Shown: positions 41,578 through 53,073, numbered from the stretch's first letter. The stretch is DNA of 64,000 nt from an uncultured Gemmatimonadaceae bacterium (GCA_963751275.1 CAVVTZ010000002.1:59954-123953); one strand, 5' to 3'. Notes: generated by a model from the sequence alone, not told the origin. Translations and numbers: made by a program.

Positions 41578-41638
41578 TCCTCGTTCCGCGTTCCTCGTGC
41601 CCCGGCACCGCTGCACGAGGAACGCAGAACGCGGCACG
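41578..41638. terminator. Heptamer-based hairpin between convergent genes
   Basis: tcctcgt-tccgcgt-tcctcgt-gc / gc-acgagga-acgcaga-acgcggc. Confidence 0.5.
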
Positions 41639-41640
41639 CT

Positions 41641-42033
41641 TCATTTCTTCTCGGGCGCCACCGGCTCCGGAAAGACCTTCGCCCAGTCGCTCGCGCTCAA
41701 CACCTTCTTGAGGTCGAACATCCGGTCGACCATGTGATTGGCGTTCGCCGAATCCGCGGCGTAGAACGGCCGCACCGCCGCCAGGATCTGCGCGTCGGTG
41801 GTGTTGCGGTCGGCGAGCGTGGTCTTGAGCGACGCCACGAGCTTCTTCCGCTCATTCAGGAACGCCTCGTTCTCCTGCTTCGCGGAATCAAGGATGGCGA
41901 TCGCCTGCTTCTTCGTCGCCTCCACGGTGATGTTCTTGCCTACCGCCTTGGAGGCATCCTCAATGTGCTGTTGCAGCCGCTGCAATGCACCACCGTGCAG
42001 CAGGAAATACGCGATGATCAGTGAGGTCAGCAT
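41641..42033 (-). CDS. Hypothetical helical exported protein
   Basis: N-terminal hydrophobic stretch; ends LSASDWAKVF. Confidence 0.65.
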   Translation of the reverse strand: MLTSLIIAYFLLHGGALQRLQQHIEDASKAVGKNITVEATKKQAIAILDSAKQENEAFLNERKKLVASLKTTLADRNTTDAQILAAVRPFYAADSANANHMVDRMFDLKKVLSASDWAKVFPEPVAPEKK

Positions 42034-42073
42034 GAGCGATTCTCAGTGGGAGTCGGGGGCGCGATGACCGCGA

Positions 42074-42526
42074 TCAGAACTCGAGGGCGTTGATCTCGTT
42101 CTCGGACAGCTTGAGCCGCGCGCTCTTGAGCTGCTCCCATTCCGCAGGGGTCGCGACGGCCGCCATGCGGGCCCGGAGCAGCGCCACTTGCGACAGCGCG
42201 AGCCGGCGCTTGCTCATCACGGCACTGAACACCGAATCGAACTGTCCGCGGGTGGATCCGTAGTCGCGCGTGAGCGCGTCGATCCGCGCATGCGCCACCG
42301 AGTCGCCTTGCGCCGTAGTGGCCACGATCGCCTGGAATTCGTTGGTCATCGCCACCAGCGACTCGGCGCGCGCAGAGTCCTTCACGATCTTCCGCACCTC
42401 AGCCTGGAACTGAGTCAGGTCCTGCTGCGCGACCTGCACGGGAGTCAGTTCCGGCTTCTTGTGGCAGGCGCTGAGCACGGCCAACGCTCCGAGCGCCGGC
42501 AGCATCATTCGCATCGCTGGTCTCAT
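42074..42526 (-). CDS. Hypothetical helical lipoprotein
   Basis: Lipobox LSAC; ends TPAEWEQL. Confidence 0.7.
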   Translation of the reverse strand: MRPAMRMMLPALGALAVLSACHKKPELTPVQVAQQDLTQFQAEVRKIVKDSARAESLVAMTNEFQAIVATTAQGDSVAHARIDALTRDYGSTRGQFDSVFSAVMSKRRLALSQVALLRARMAAVATPAEWEQLKSARLKLSENEINALEF

Positions 42527-42692
42527 GGATCCCGTCGGGTTAATGGGTTCGCGTTCAAGCTAGCGCCCCGGCGGCGGTTCGGTCAGGAGCGGCTCCCGGC
42601 GCTCGGCGCCTACCCGCTCCTCGCGCCTGTCGTAGGGAGGCGAAAGCCGAGAGCCGAGACCCGAGAGCCGCCGTTGATTAGATTGCGGTCCC

Positions 42693-44639
42693 ATGACATT
42701 GGTCTCCATTTCCTCCGTGCGCGTCGACTTCGGCGCCACGACGATCGTGCAGGACATCACCTTCACCGTCGCCCGTGGCGAGCGGTGGGGGATCGTCGGG
42801 CGCAATGGCGCCGGGAAGACCACACTCTTTCGCGTGATCACCGGCGACGTGGTGCCGGTGGCGGGATCGGTGGCACGGCTGCCGGGTCTCAAGGTGGCGC
42901 TGCTCGACCAGCAGCGCGATTTCGGCGGCGCCGTCTCGGTGTGGGAAGCCGCGGCGTACGGCTACCGCGACGTGATCGCGCTCGAGAAGTCGCTCGCGGA
43001 GCACGGCGAGGAACTCGCGCGGCTCGGCGACCGCGTGTCGCAGGCAGACATCGAGCGCTACGGCCACGAGCAGGAACGCTTCGCGCACGCCGGCGGCTAT
43101 GACTATCACGCCAAGGTCGATGCCGTCCTGCAGGGACTCGGCTTCGATCCCGCCGCGGCGCACGGCCGCGCGCTCGCGAGCCTCAGCGGCGGCGAGCGCG
43201 GCCGGCTCGGACTCGCGGCGCAACTCGCCGCCCCCGCCGATCTCGTGCTGCTCGACGAGCCCACGAACCATCTCGATCTCGACACCACGAAATGGCTTGC
43301 CGAGTTCCTCGAGTCATACGACGGCACCGTGATGATGATCTCGCACGACCGCGCGTTCCTGGATGACACCGTGGACCACGTGCTGCACGTGAACGCGAAG
43401 ACCGCCACCGCGTACCGCGGCGGCTACTCGTCGTTCGTGACGCAGCGCGCGGAGCGCCAGCTCGCGCTGGAGCGGCAGGTGGCGCAGCAGCGGAAGTTCA
43501 TCGAGAAGGAGGAGGACTATATCCGCCGCAACATCGCCGGCCAGAACACCGCGCAGGCGAAGGGGCGGCGCACGCGTCTCGAGCGGCTGCCGCGGCTGTC
43601 ACCGCCGCCGGGCGAGGGGAGCGTGCTCAGCTGGAAGCTCGAGATCGCGGAGCGCGGCGGCGACCAAGTGCTCGTGGCCGACAAGCTCTCCGTGGGCGTG
43701 GACGGCCGAGTGCTGGTGCGCGATTTCTCCTCGTCAGTGCGGCGCGGCAATGTGATCGCGTTGGTCGGCCCCAACGGCGCCGGCAAGAGCACGCTGATCG
43801 CGACGCTGCTCGGCGAGCGCGCGCCGCTCTCCGGTGAAGCGCGCATTGGTGGTTCCGTTGGCGTGGAGTGGTTCCGCCAGGACCTCGAGCAGCTGCCCAA
43901 GGACCGCACGCTCTACGATTGCATCGAAGACCTGCGCCCGATGTGGACGCGCGGCCGCATCCAGAACCACCTGGGCAATTTCGGATTCTCCGGCGACGAG
44001 GTGCGCTGGAGCACCGCCACGCTCAGCGGCGGCGAGCGAGCGCGGCTCGCGCTCGCGATGCTCACGCTGGGCCACGCGAACCTCCTCGTGCTCGACGAGC
44101 CGACGAACCATCTGGACGTCGAGACGATCGAAGGACTGGAAGATGCGGTGGAGGAATACGAGGGCAGTGTGATCCTCGTGAGCCACGACCGCGCCTTCCT
44201 GCGCGAACTCGCGACGCGCGTGTGGGCGTTCCACGGCGATCGGATCGAAGATTTCGCCGGCCCCTTCGTGGAATGGGAAGCGCACGCCGCCGGCCGTACC
44301 GCGAAGCAGGAGCGGGCGGACGCCGAGCGCGCCGCCGCCACGCGCGAGCAGACGCGCACGGCCGCGAAGAAGGCCGCGAGCGCGAAAAAGGACGCCACGC
44401 CCGACACGAAGAGCGCGCGCAAAGCGGCCGAAGCCGGCGAGCGCGAAGCCCAGCGCCTCGAAGCGCGCGTGGCCGAGCTCCAGCGCGCGCTCGAGGATCC
44501 CGCGCTCTACGCCGGCAGCGCCGAGTCCGCGCGCCGCGCGGGCAAGCTCAAGGCCGAGCTCGCATCTGCCGTACGAGAACGCGATGCCGCGCTCGAGCGC
44601 TGGACTTTAGCCGTCGACGCGCTCGAGGCTGGTCGGTAG
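42693..44639 (+). CDS. ABC-F family ATPase (Uup/YheS-like)
   Basis: Two NBDs: GRNGAGKT and GPNGAGKS, LSGGE x2, LDEPTNHLD x2; no TM. Confidence 0.95.
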   Translation: MTLVSISSVRVDFGATTIVQDITFTVARGERWGIVGRNGAGKTTLFRVITGDVVPVAGSVARLPGLKVALLDQQRDFGGAVSVWEAAAYGYRDVIALEKSLAEHGEELARLGDRVSQADIERYGHEQERFAHAGGYDYHAKVDAVLQGLGFDPAAAHGRALASLSGGERGRLGLAAQLAAPADLVLLDEPTNHLDLDTTKWLAEFLESYDGTVMMISHDRAFLDDTVDHVLHVNAKTATAYRGGYSSFVTQRAERQLALERQVAQQRKFIEKEEDYIRRNIAGQNTAQAKGRRTRLERLPRLSPPPGEGSVLSWKLEIAERGGDQVLVADKLSVGVDGRVLVRDFSSSVRRGNVIALVGPNGAGKSTLIATLLGERAPLSGEARIGGSVGVEWFRQDLEQLPKDRTLYDCIEDLRPMWTRGRIQNHLGNFGFSGDEVRWSTATLSGGERARLALAMLTLGHANLLVLDEPTNHLDVETIEGLEDAVEEYEGSVILVSHDRAFLRELATRVWAFHGDRIEDFAGPFVEWEAHAAGRTAKQERADAERAAATREQTRTAAKKAASAKKDATPDTKSARKAAEAGEREAQRLEARVAELQRALEDPALYAGSAESARRAGKLKAELASAVRERDAALERWTLAVDALEAGR

Positions 44640-45006
44640 AACGTCATCGCGCGGCCGGTCGCGGGCCGCCACCGGCTCCGCCGCTTCCGCTCAAACCGCT
44701 TCGAGCCTCGCGGCTGAACCGCGCCGCGAGTCTCTCGCTTTTCGCTAACGCGGCTCGCCGGCGGCGGCCCGCTCCCGCCTCGATCACGAGGCCCGCGGGC
44801 TGCGCGCGCGGATGGCCCCGCGTGCGCGCGCCGATCCCCGGGAGCGCGGCCGTTGCCGTTTGCGATCCCCAGGCGGGCGGCGCGCTCCCGAGCGCGGCCT
44901 CAGCGAAAAGCGAGAGACTCGCGCGCAGTGTGCGCGAGGCTCGAAGCGGTTTGAGCGTCGGCCGCTGCGAGGGAGTGCGCCGCCCGCCGGACCCGCGCGC
45001 GGAGCC
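44640..45006. repeat. Family Q repeat element, copy 1 (internal inverted repeat)
   Basis: cgctcaaaccgcttcgagcctcgcg..gagtctctcgcttttcgct / agcgaaaagcgagagactc..cgcgaggctcgaagcggtttgagcg. Confidence 0.88.
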
Positions 45007-45020
45007 TGGCCGTACGCGCG

Positions 45021-48000
45021 CTAGGGAGCCAAGTCCGCCGTACTGGGCACGATCGCTGGCTGCTTCAGGCGCGCGAGCTCATCGTTCACGGCCTTGAGGT
45101 CCGCGCCAAGTGCCTGGTTCAGCGCCGCGATCTGTTTCTGCAGCTGGCCGTCGAGGAGCTTGAACACCTCGTACTCCTGCGCGGTCGGCTTGCCGTCGGC
45201 GCTCGAGACCGAATTGTAGAGCGAGCCGAGCTCGTCGTTCAGCTTGATCGGATAGTTCAGCATGTCCTGCCCCGCGCGGTTCTGCACCGAATACAGCTCG
45301 GCCTCCACCGCATTCAGTTTCGCCGTGAGCGTCGCGGCGCGCTGCTTGAGCGTGCCGTCGTTCGTCTTCGCGATCGCGGCGGCCAACTGCGCCTTCACGT
45401 TGCGGCTCGTGCGCACGCCGTTGTTCGCGGCCGAGACGGCGTCGCGGATCTGGATCTCCAGCTTGAACTGCTCCTCGAGATCCGCCTGCTTGGCCGTCGA
45501 GCGCGGATCGTTCTTCACCGTGAACGTCTGCGATTCCGTGGCGCCCGCGACCGTGAGCTTCACCGTGTACGTGCCGGGCACGGCCACGGGGCCCTGAAGG
45601 AATCCGGTCCAGAGCACCATGCGGCTGAACCACGCCGCGTCGGGATACTGCAGGTCCCAGACGAAGCGGTTCATCCCTTTCTTGTTCGGTGCGTGCTCCG
45701 GCGGGAAGGGATGTGCGGGCGCCTCCTCCGCCTCCGGCTGCACGCGGCGGATCACGTTCGTGTCCACGCTCGCCGGCATGACGCCAATGTTCCGGAGACT
45801 GTCGAGCTTCGCGCGGTAGCGCACGCTGTCGGTGAACGCGAAGGTGTCCGCGGCGCTCGTGAAGGTCTTGATGAGCTGCCCGCCCGCGTCGTAGAAGTCG
45901 AGCGTCACTTTCTGGTCGGCGCTCTTCACCCAGTAATCGATGATCGCGCCGAAGGGCGGGTTCTGTCCGCCGGGCATGCCCAGCTCGGGTCCGGAGCCGC
46001 CGAAGTCCGCGCGGATCACGAGCGCCGGCGTGAACGAATGCGACGCCCCCGCGATCGCCTCGGGCGCCAGCGCCCGCAGCGTGGCGACGTCATCCATGAT
46101 CCAGAAGGAGCGGCCGTGGGTCGCGATCACGAGGTCGTTGTCCTTCACGACGAGGTCGTGCACCGGCACCGGCGGCAGATTGCGCTGCAGCCGCTGCCAG
46201 TGGCCGCCGTCGTCGAACGAGATCCACACGCCGCGCTCGGTGCCGGCGTAGAGCATTCCCTTCCGCACGGGATCCTCGCGCACCACCCGCACGAATTCAT
46301 CGGCCGCGATCCCGGCATCGATGCGCTTCCATGTCTTGCCGTAGTCATACGTGACGAAGATGTACGGCCGCATGTCGTCCAGCTGATAGCGGTTCACGGC
46401 CACGTACGCCGTGCCCGCGTCGTGCGGCGACGGCTCGATCATCGACACGCGCGTGAAGTCGCCCAGGTCCTTCGGCGTCACGTTGGTCCACTTGCCGCCG
46501 CCATCGCGCGTGATCTGGATGTAGCCGTCGTCGGATCCCGTCCAGATCGTTCCCTTCTCCTTCGGCGATTCCGCGATCGTGAAGATCGTGCCGTACGTCT
46601 CGACACCGGTCTCGTCCTTCGTGATCGGGCCGCCGCTGGGCCCGAGCGTCGCCGGATCGTGCCGGGTGAGATCGGGGCTGATCGCCTTCCAGGACATCCC
46701 TTCATCCGTGGACTTGAACAGCACGTTCGCGCCCACGTACAGCACGTTCGGATCGTGCGGCGAGATCGCGATCGGGGTCGTCCACTGGATGCGGTACTGG
46801 ATGTCCTGCGACGGATGACCCAACGGGTTCACGGGCCACGGGGAGATCATCCTTCTCGAAGCCGGTGCGGAGATCGGTGCGGCTGATGAACCCGCCGTAG
46901 CAGCCGGCGAAGACGATGTTCGGCTGGTCGGGGCGCGACACCGACGTACCCGCTCTCGCAGCCGCCGCCGTTCTTCCAATCCCCATGTGGATGCCGCCGG
47001 GATTGGCGCTCGGCCCGCAGAGACTCGTGTTGTCCTGCTGCGCGCCGCACACCCAGTACGGAAAGTCCGTCGTGGTGCTCACGTGATAGAACTGCGCCGT
47101 CGCGAAGGTCTGCGCCGTCCACGACTTGCCGCCGTTGATGCTCGACATTGGCGCCGCCGTCGTTGGAATCGATCATGCGCTGCGGATTGTCCGGCGGCGA
47201 TCCACAGGTCGTGATTGTCGCCGTGCGGGTCGCGCACGCGGCTGAACGTCCGGCCGCCGTCGCGCGACCGATAGATGGCCGTGTTGAGGCACATACACGG
47301 TGAGCGAGTCCTTCGGATCGGCGTAGATGCGCGTGTAGTACCACGCGCGCTGGCGCAGCTTGCGCTCGCAGTTCATGCGCGTCCACGTCGCGCCCCCGTC
47401 GTCCGACCGGTACACGCCGCCCGAGTCGGTCTCGATGAGCGCCCAGACGCGCGACGGCATCGCCGCCGACACGGCGATGCCGATGTTCCCGATGATCCCC
47501 TTCGGCAGTCCCGGGATTCCGCGTGATCTCCGTCCAGTTGTCGCCGCCGTCAACGGTCTTGAAGATCCCGCTGCCCGCGCCGCCGCTCGAGAGCATCCAC
47601 GGCTTGCGGCCCGCCTGCCAGAACGCGGCGTACAGGACCTTCGGGTCGGCCGGGTCCATCGCGAGATCGGTCACGCCGGTGGAATCGTTCCGGAAGAGGA
47701 TCTTCTTCCAGTTCTTGCCGCCATCCGTCGTGCGGTACACGCCGCGGTCCGGATTCGGCGCCCACACATGCCCCTCGGCCGCCACGTACACCTCGTCCGG
47801 ATTCTTCGGGTTGATGCGGACGCGCGAGATCTGGCGGGTCTCGGCAAGGCCGATATAGGTCCACGTCTTGCCGCCGTCGTGCGACCGGTACACGCCGTCG
47901 CCGTGCGAGACATTGCCGCGGATCGGTCCCTCACCGGTGCCGACGTACACGATGTCCGGATTCGACTCGCTCACCGCGATCGCGCCGACCGTGCCGCCGA

Positions 48001-48259
48001 AGAAGGCGTCGCTGGTGGGCCGCCAGTTGAGCCCGCCGTCGATGGTCTTGAAGACGCCGCCTCCGGTCGTGCCCATGTAGTACTCGTTCGGCCGCGCCAC
48101 CGAGCCGGTGACGGCCGCCGAGCGTCCGCCGCGATAGGGCCCGATCTCGCGCCACGAGAGCGCGTTGAAGGCGGTGGTATCGATCGCCGCCGGCGTCTGC
48201 GCGAGCGCAGCGAGCGGAAGAAGGGCGAGCGCGATGGCGAATACGGAGCGACGACGCAT
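45021..48259 (-). CDS. VPS10/BNR-repeat glycosyl-hydrolase-like protein; frameshifts at 46.8-47.5 kb
   Basis: WREIGPYRGGRS, TIDGG.NW repeats, NVSHGDG, ATHGRSFWIMDD. Confidence 0.88.
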
Positions 48260-48349
48260 GGCTGCTTGGGGACGGAGGGATCGATGAACGTGCTGGGAGG
48301 AGAGAAGTTCCGCGAATCCCCGTGGTTCGCAAGGCCGCCGCGTCAGTAG

Positions 48350-48767
48350 GACGACATCGTGCGGCCGGTCGCGGAACGCCGCCGCTTGGCCGCCGACGCT
48401 CAAACCGCTTCGAGCCTCGCGCAAACTGCGCGCGAGTCTCTCGCTTTTCGCTGAGGCGGCCGCGCTGGCGACGTCCCGCTCCCTGACGTCGATCACGAAC
48501 GCCTCGAGTAGCGCGGGTGGCGCTTCCCGCGCGCGTTCCCTCCCCGAGGGGAACACGGGCTTGCGCGCCTGGCAACATGATGGGCGCGATGACAAATGGG
48601 CGCGCCGGCGGGCCGTTGTCGTTTGCGATCCCCCGGCGGGCGGCGCGCTCCTGAGCGCGGCCTCAGCGAAAAGCGAGAGACTCGCGGCCGTAGCGCGAGG
48701 CTCGAAGCGGTTTGAGCGTCGGCCGCTGCGAAGGAGTGCGCCGCCCGCCGGACCCGCGCGAGGAGCC
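48350..48767. repeat. Family Q repeat element, copy 2
   Basis: Same arms and same left and right flanks as copy 1, same orientation. Confidence 0.88.
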
Positions 48768-48839
48768 CCTCACGCGATTGCCACACGCGCACCATAATTG
48801 GCCATCGTACGCGAATCCACACACGCACGGAGCCAGCCG

Positions 48840-49349
48840 ATGGAAGCCGAGAAGAAGACGCTCAAGCAGAAAGCCGAGAACGAGTTCAAGGAGCTGGGGC
48901 TCGTGTGCGGCTATCTGTTCCTCGTGTTCGCGGCCAGCGAGCTGCAGCGCAGCGTGATCCTCGCGCAGGCCGGCACCAGCATGAACGAGTACGGCTGGGC
49001 GCTCATCAATTCGCTCGCGATCGGCAAGGTCATGCTCATCGCCAAGCAGTTGCACTTCGCGGAGCGGCCCGGGCATCCGATCATCATCTCCGTGCTCATT
49101 CAATCGGCGGCCTTCTCCATCCTGCTGATGTTCTGCAAAGTGCTGGAAGACGTCGGCTTCGACATGTACAAGGGGAAGACCTTCATGGAGTCGCTGCCGA
49201 AGCCCGCCGGCCGGCCGATCGAGGAGATCGGGGCGATCGCGATCTCCTTCTTCATCCTGCTGATCCCCTTCTTCGCCTTCAGCGCGCTGAGCAGCGGAAT
49301 GGGCGAGGGCGTGCTGGCGTCGTTGTTCTTGAAGCCGAAGAAAGCCTAA
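48840..49349 (+). CDS. Hypothetical four-TM membrane protein
   Basis: ALINSLAIGKVMLIA, FILLIPFFAF. Confidence 0.75.
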   Translation: MEAEKKTLKQKAENEFKELGLVCGYLFLVFAASELQRSVILAQAGTSMNEYGWALINSLAIGKVMLIAKQLHFAERPGHPIIISVLIQSAAFSILLMFCKVLEDVGFDMYKGKTFMESLPKPAGRPIEEIGAIAISFFILLIPFFAFSALSSGMGEGVLASLFLKPKKA

Positions 49350-49439
49350 CGGCGGACATCGACTGACGATCGATGACTGACGCCTGCGCTCGCCGCCGTG
49401 GCAAGCGTCGGTCGCCAGCCTTCAGTCGTCAATCCGCCT

Positions 49440-49635
49440 TCATTTCTTCGATGGCTTCGTCGCGCGCACGGTGCCCGAGGCACTCACCCCCGTCCCCTTC
49501 ACCACCGCCGTGATCGTCTCGTCCCCCGCCGCGCTTCCCAGCGTCCAGTGCGTCGCGGCCTGGCCTTTCGCGTCCGTCATCACGCGCGACGGGTTCGGCG
49601 AGCCGCCGGTGGCGTTGAACACCACCTGGACGTGC
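49440..49635 (-). pseudogene. 3' fragment of an Ig-like (Big_1-type) protein, truncated at the junction
   Basis: VQVVFNATGGSPNPSRVMTDAKGQAATHWTLGSAAGDETITAVV; upstream frame is not protein-like. Confidence 0.65.
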
Positions 49636-49779
49636 CCCCGCCCGGGCAGATCACCGCGGCGCCCGAACACCCGGTCGCTCTCCGGCACTTGACTGCGGTC
49701 CAGTTCGGGAAACCACCCGGTCAGCGCGGACTCGATGCCGCGATCGCCTATCCGCCGGCGGGCGGGCGCCTGACAAGCG

Positions 49780-50141
49780 TGCAGTACAGCAAGGACCCCA
49801 TCGCCTTCGGCCGGCCGATCGGCTCCTTCCAGGCCGTCAAGCACCAGCTCGCCGACACGAGCCTGGCGGTCGAGCTCAGCCACGCCTGCGCCGCCGGCGC
49901 GGCCAGGGCCGTCCAGGCGGCGCGGCGCCGGGGCGCGGCCGAGGCCGCGAGCATGGCCAAGGCGCTGTCGGCGACGCCGCCGTGGAGATGGCCCACAAGT
50001 CCTGGCAGATCTTCGGCGGCATCTCCTACACGTGGGAGCACGACTTCCATCTCTACCTTCGCCGGCTCACGGCGGACGCCTCGCTCTACGGATCTGCCGG
50101 CTTGGCACCGGGAGCGGGTCTGGCAGCTGGCAGGAGTCTGA
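49780..50141 (+). CDS. C-terminal fragment of acyl-CoA dehydrogenase (frameshifted)
   Basis: AFGRPIGSFQAVKHQLAD; QIFGGISYTWEHDFHLYLRR. Confidence 0.8.
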
Positions 50142-50176
50142 ATGATCTTAGCCCGAACGGAAGGTGGATCCTGATC

Positions 50177-51450
50177 GTGAGCGACGCACCCGATCTCGGC
50201 ACCTACCGCCGCCAGGCCGCGCGGTGGCTGTCGGAGAACCTGCAGCCCAGAGACCCGGACAAGCCGGCCCACGTCCGGGGCGGCGGGCACGACGCGCCCG
50301 AGGACTACCTGCCGGCGCGGGCCCTGCAGAAGAAGATCTACGAGCCGGCTACGCCGGCATCGACTGGCCGGCGGAGTACGGCGGCCAAGGCCTGACGCCG
50401 GCCCACGCCCGGGTCTTCGCCGAAGAGGCGCTGCGCTACCAGATGCCCGACCTCGGCCACGCCGGCGGGACCACCTACGGTCCCGTGGGGCAGACCCTCA
50501 TCCGGCACGGCTCACCGGAGTTCCTCTCCCGGCACGTTCCCCAGATGCTGGCCGGCGACGAGCTGTTCGTGCAGTTCTTCTCCGAGCCTGGCGCCGGTTC
50601 GGACCTGGCCGGCATCATGACCCGGGCCGACCGGGACGGGGACGAGTGGGTCTCAACGGCTCGAAGATCTGGACCAGCGGTGCCTACTACGCCGACTACG
50701 GCATGTGCCTGGCCCGCACCGACTGGGACGCGCCCAAGCACCGGGGCCTCACGTGGTTCGCGGTGCCGGTGGCGCGCCGAGGGCGTCACCGTCCAGCCCG
50801 TCCGCGAGATCAACGGTGAGGCGCGAGTTCTGCCAGGAGTTCCTCGACGAGGTCCGGGTGAGCGACGCACGAGGTGATCGGGGAGGTGAATCAGGGCTGG
50901 ACGGTGGCCCAGACCATGTTGGTGTTCGAGCGGGGCGGCGGTGGCGACGACCTCGATCACCGGGCCCGGCGGCCGAGCCGGCACTGTCGACCCGACCTGG
51001 TGCGCCTGGCGCAGCCGGGCCGGACGGGACCGGGACCCGTCGCGCGCCAGCGATGGCCGAGATCCACGTGACCGACTGGGCGCGGACCCAGCTGGCAGTG
51101 CGGGTGGCGGGCCTGCTCCGCGCCGGAGCGGCAAGCCCGGCCGGGCGTCGCCTCGTACTGGAAGCTGGCCATGGGCACCCATCGACCCGGTGCGGGCCCG
51201 GCTCGGTCATGGAGGTCGGGCACGGTGATGCCGCTCGTCTGGGAGCGCGGGACGTCGACGCCGTGGCCACGTGGCGCTGAATTACCTCAACAGCCGGGTG
51301 ATGGTCCATCGCCGGCGGCTCCAACGAGATGCAGCGCAACGGATCGGCGAGCGGGTCCTCGGCCTGCCCCGCGAGCCCAGCTTCGACAAGGGCAAGCCGT
51401 TCAGCGAGGTCATTCGCAGCGCCCGCGACTGGATGCAGCAAGCCTTAACC
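50177..51450 (+). CDS. Acyl-CoA dehydrogenase (FadE-like); many frameshifts, end approximate
   Basis: GIDWPAEYGGQG, QFFSEPGAGSDLAG, EFLDEVRV, IGEVNQGW, GERVLGLPREP. Confidence 0.85.
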
Positions 51451-51463
51451 GATGGAGGCAATC

Positions 51464-52548
51464 GTGACCTATCAAGTCATTCAATGGACTACCGGCGTGG
51501 TCGCCAGGGAGGCGGTCATCGGCATTAACGGCCACCCCGGCCTGGAACTGGCAGGCGCGTGGACGCACTCCGGCGAGAAGGACGGCCGCGACGTCGGCGA
51601 GCTATTCGGGATTGGCCCCGCTCGGGGTAGTCGCCACCCGCGACGAAGAAGCCCTCCTGGCTATGCCCGCGGACTGCGTGTGCTTCATGCCGGGCCGCAA
51701 CTGGGTAGCGGACCCGGCAGAGACGTTCGCGCAGCTGCCTCCGGTCGGGCAAGAACGTGGTGAACCTGTGGTGGCCGGCCCTGGTATATCCGCGCGCCCT
51801 GGGCGACGACGTGTACAAGGACCTCCAGGAGGCCTGCATCGAGGGCGGGGTGTCGTTCGTCACGGTGGGCATGGACCCCGGCTACGGAACCGCGGGGCTC
51901 GCGCTGGCCGCGCTGGCCCTGTCCCGCGAGGTCAGAAGCGTCCGCATGACCCAGTTCATGAACAACGCCTACTGGGAAGGCGAAGGCATCACGTTGTTCT
52001 TCGGCTTCGGCCAGCGTGATGTGGCGAGCACACCCATGCTGAAACCGGGTGTCACGACGAGCTACCACGCCACGACGCTGCACCTGCTAGCCGACGCCAT
52101 CGGCGTGACGATCGAGGACATCGTCGAGGACCACAGCCTCATCTATGCCGATGAAGCCTTCGACATCGCGTCGGGCCACATCCCCGCGGGGACCATCTCC
52201 GGTGTCCGTTACCAGGTCAAGGGCATGGCCGGGGGACAGGAACGGGTGATCGTCGAGCACGTGGAACGGCTCCGCGACAACGACTTCCCCGAGCTGGGAT
52301 TCAACGGCGACGGCTACCGGGCCGAGATAACCGGGCGAGCCCTGCATCCGCCTGGACATGACGATATCGTCGCTGCCGCCTTCAGCGGTGACAGCTTCGC
52401 CGTCGCGTCCGCGATGAGCGTCGTCGACGCGATCCCCCGGGTCTGCGCCGCCCCTCCGGGCGTGCTGTCCAGTGCTCGACCTAGCCCCGTTCCCCGCAAA
52501 GAACACGCCCTAATCCGCGCCCGGCTGACGATCCGTGACTCCCGTTGA
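51464..52548 (+). CDS. Dihydrodipicolinate-reductase-like NAD(P)-dependent dehydrogenase; frameshifted
   Basis: YQVIQWTTGVV, KDGRDVGEL, GMDPG, AIPRVCAAPPGVL. Confidence 0.75.
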
Positions 52549-52638
52549 CCGGACCGGCGGATCACGCTGTGATCACAGAGAAGTTCCCCGCTCGGTAGGA
52601 TTGGCCGGAGACCGGGGGGTTCGCGCATGGGAGGCCCG

Positions 52639-53073
52639 ATGGCGGTGGAAAGCGGGGGTCCGGGCTGGGGCATGCGCGCGTCCGACAAGGACCGGGAAGC
52701 GGTCGTGGCCGTGCTGCGGGACGCTTACACCGCCGGGCGCCTGACGCTGGACGAGTTCGACGAGCGGACCTCCGCCGCATATGCCAAGAAGACCTGGGGT
52801 GAACTCAGGGTCCTGACCGAGGATCTTCCCGAGCAGCCGGATCTGGGCGCGGACCTGCCCCGGACGCCGGGGCCGCTACGACCGATGCCGCAGCATCCGC
52901 CGGTCACAACGGGGCGGGTGGCCCCGGCCATGCGGTCCAGGCGACGGCCGCTCCTCTGGCCAGTCTTCCTGATCTTGGTACTCGGGCCGAGCATCGGTGG
53001 TGCTCGCGGGGGTAGCCGTAGTGACGGGGATCGTCTTGCTCGTGGTGCTGCCGTTCATCAGCGGCTGGCATGA
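52639..53073 (+). CDS. DUF1707 (SHOCT-like) protein
   Basis: MRASDKDREAVVAVLRDAYTAGRLTLDEFDER...T.GEL..LTEDLP. Confidence 0.88.
   Translation: MAVESGGPGWGMRASDKDREAVVAVLRDAYTAGRLTLDEFDERTSAAYAKKTWGELRVLTEDLPEQPDLGADLPRTPGPLRPMPQHPPVTTGRVAPAMRSRRRPLLWPVFLILVLGPSIGGARGGSRSDGDRLARGAAVHQRLA

Noticed and set aside
49398..50141. Novel fusion proteins spanning 49.4-50.1 kb
   Set aside because: These ORFs read across the suspected chimeric junction
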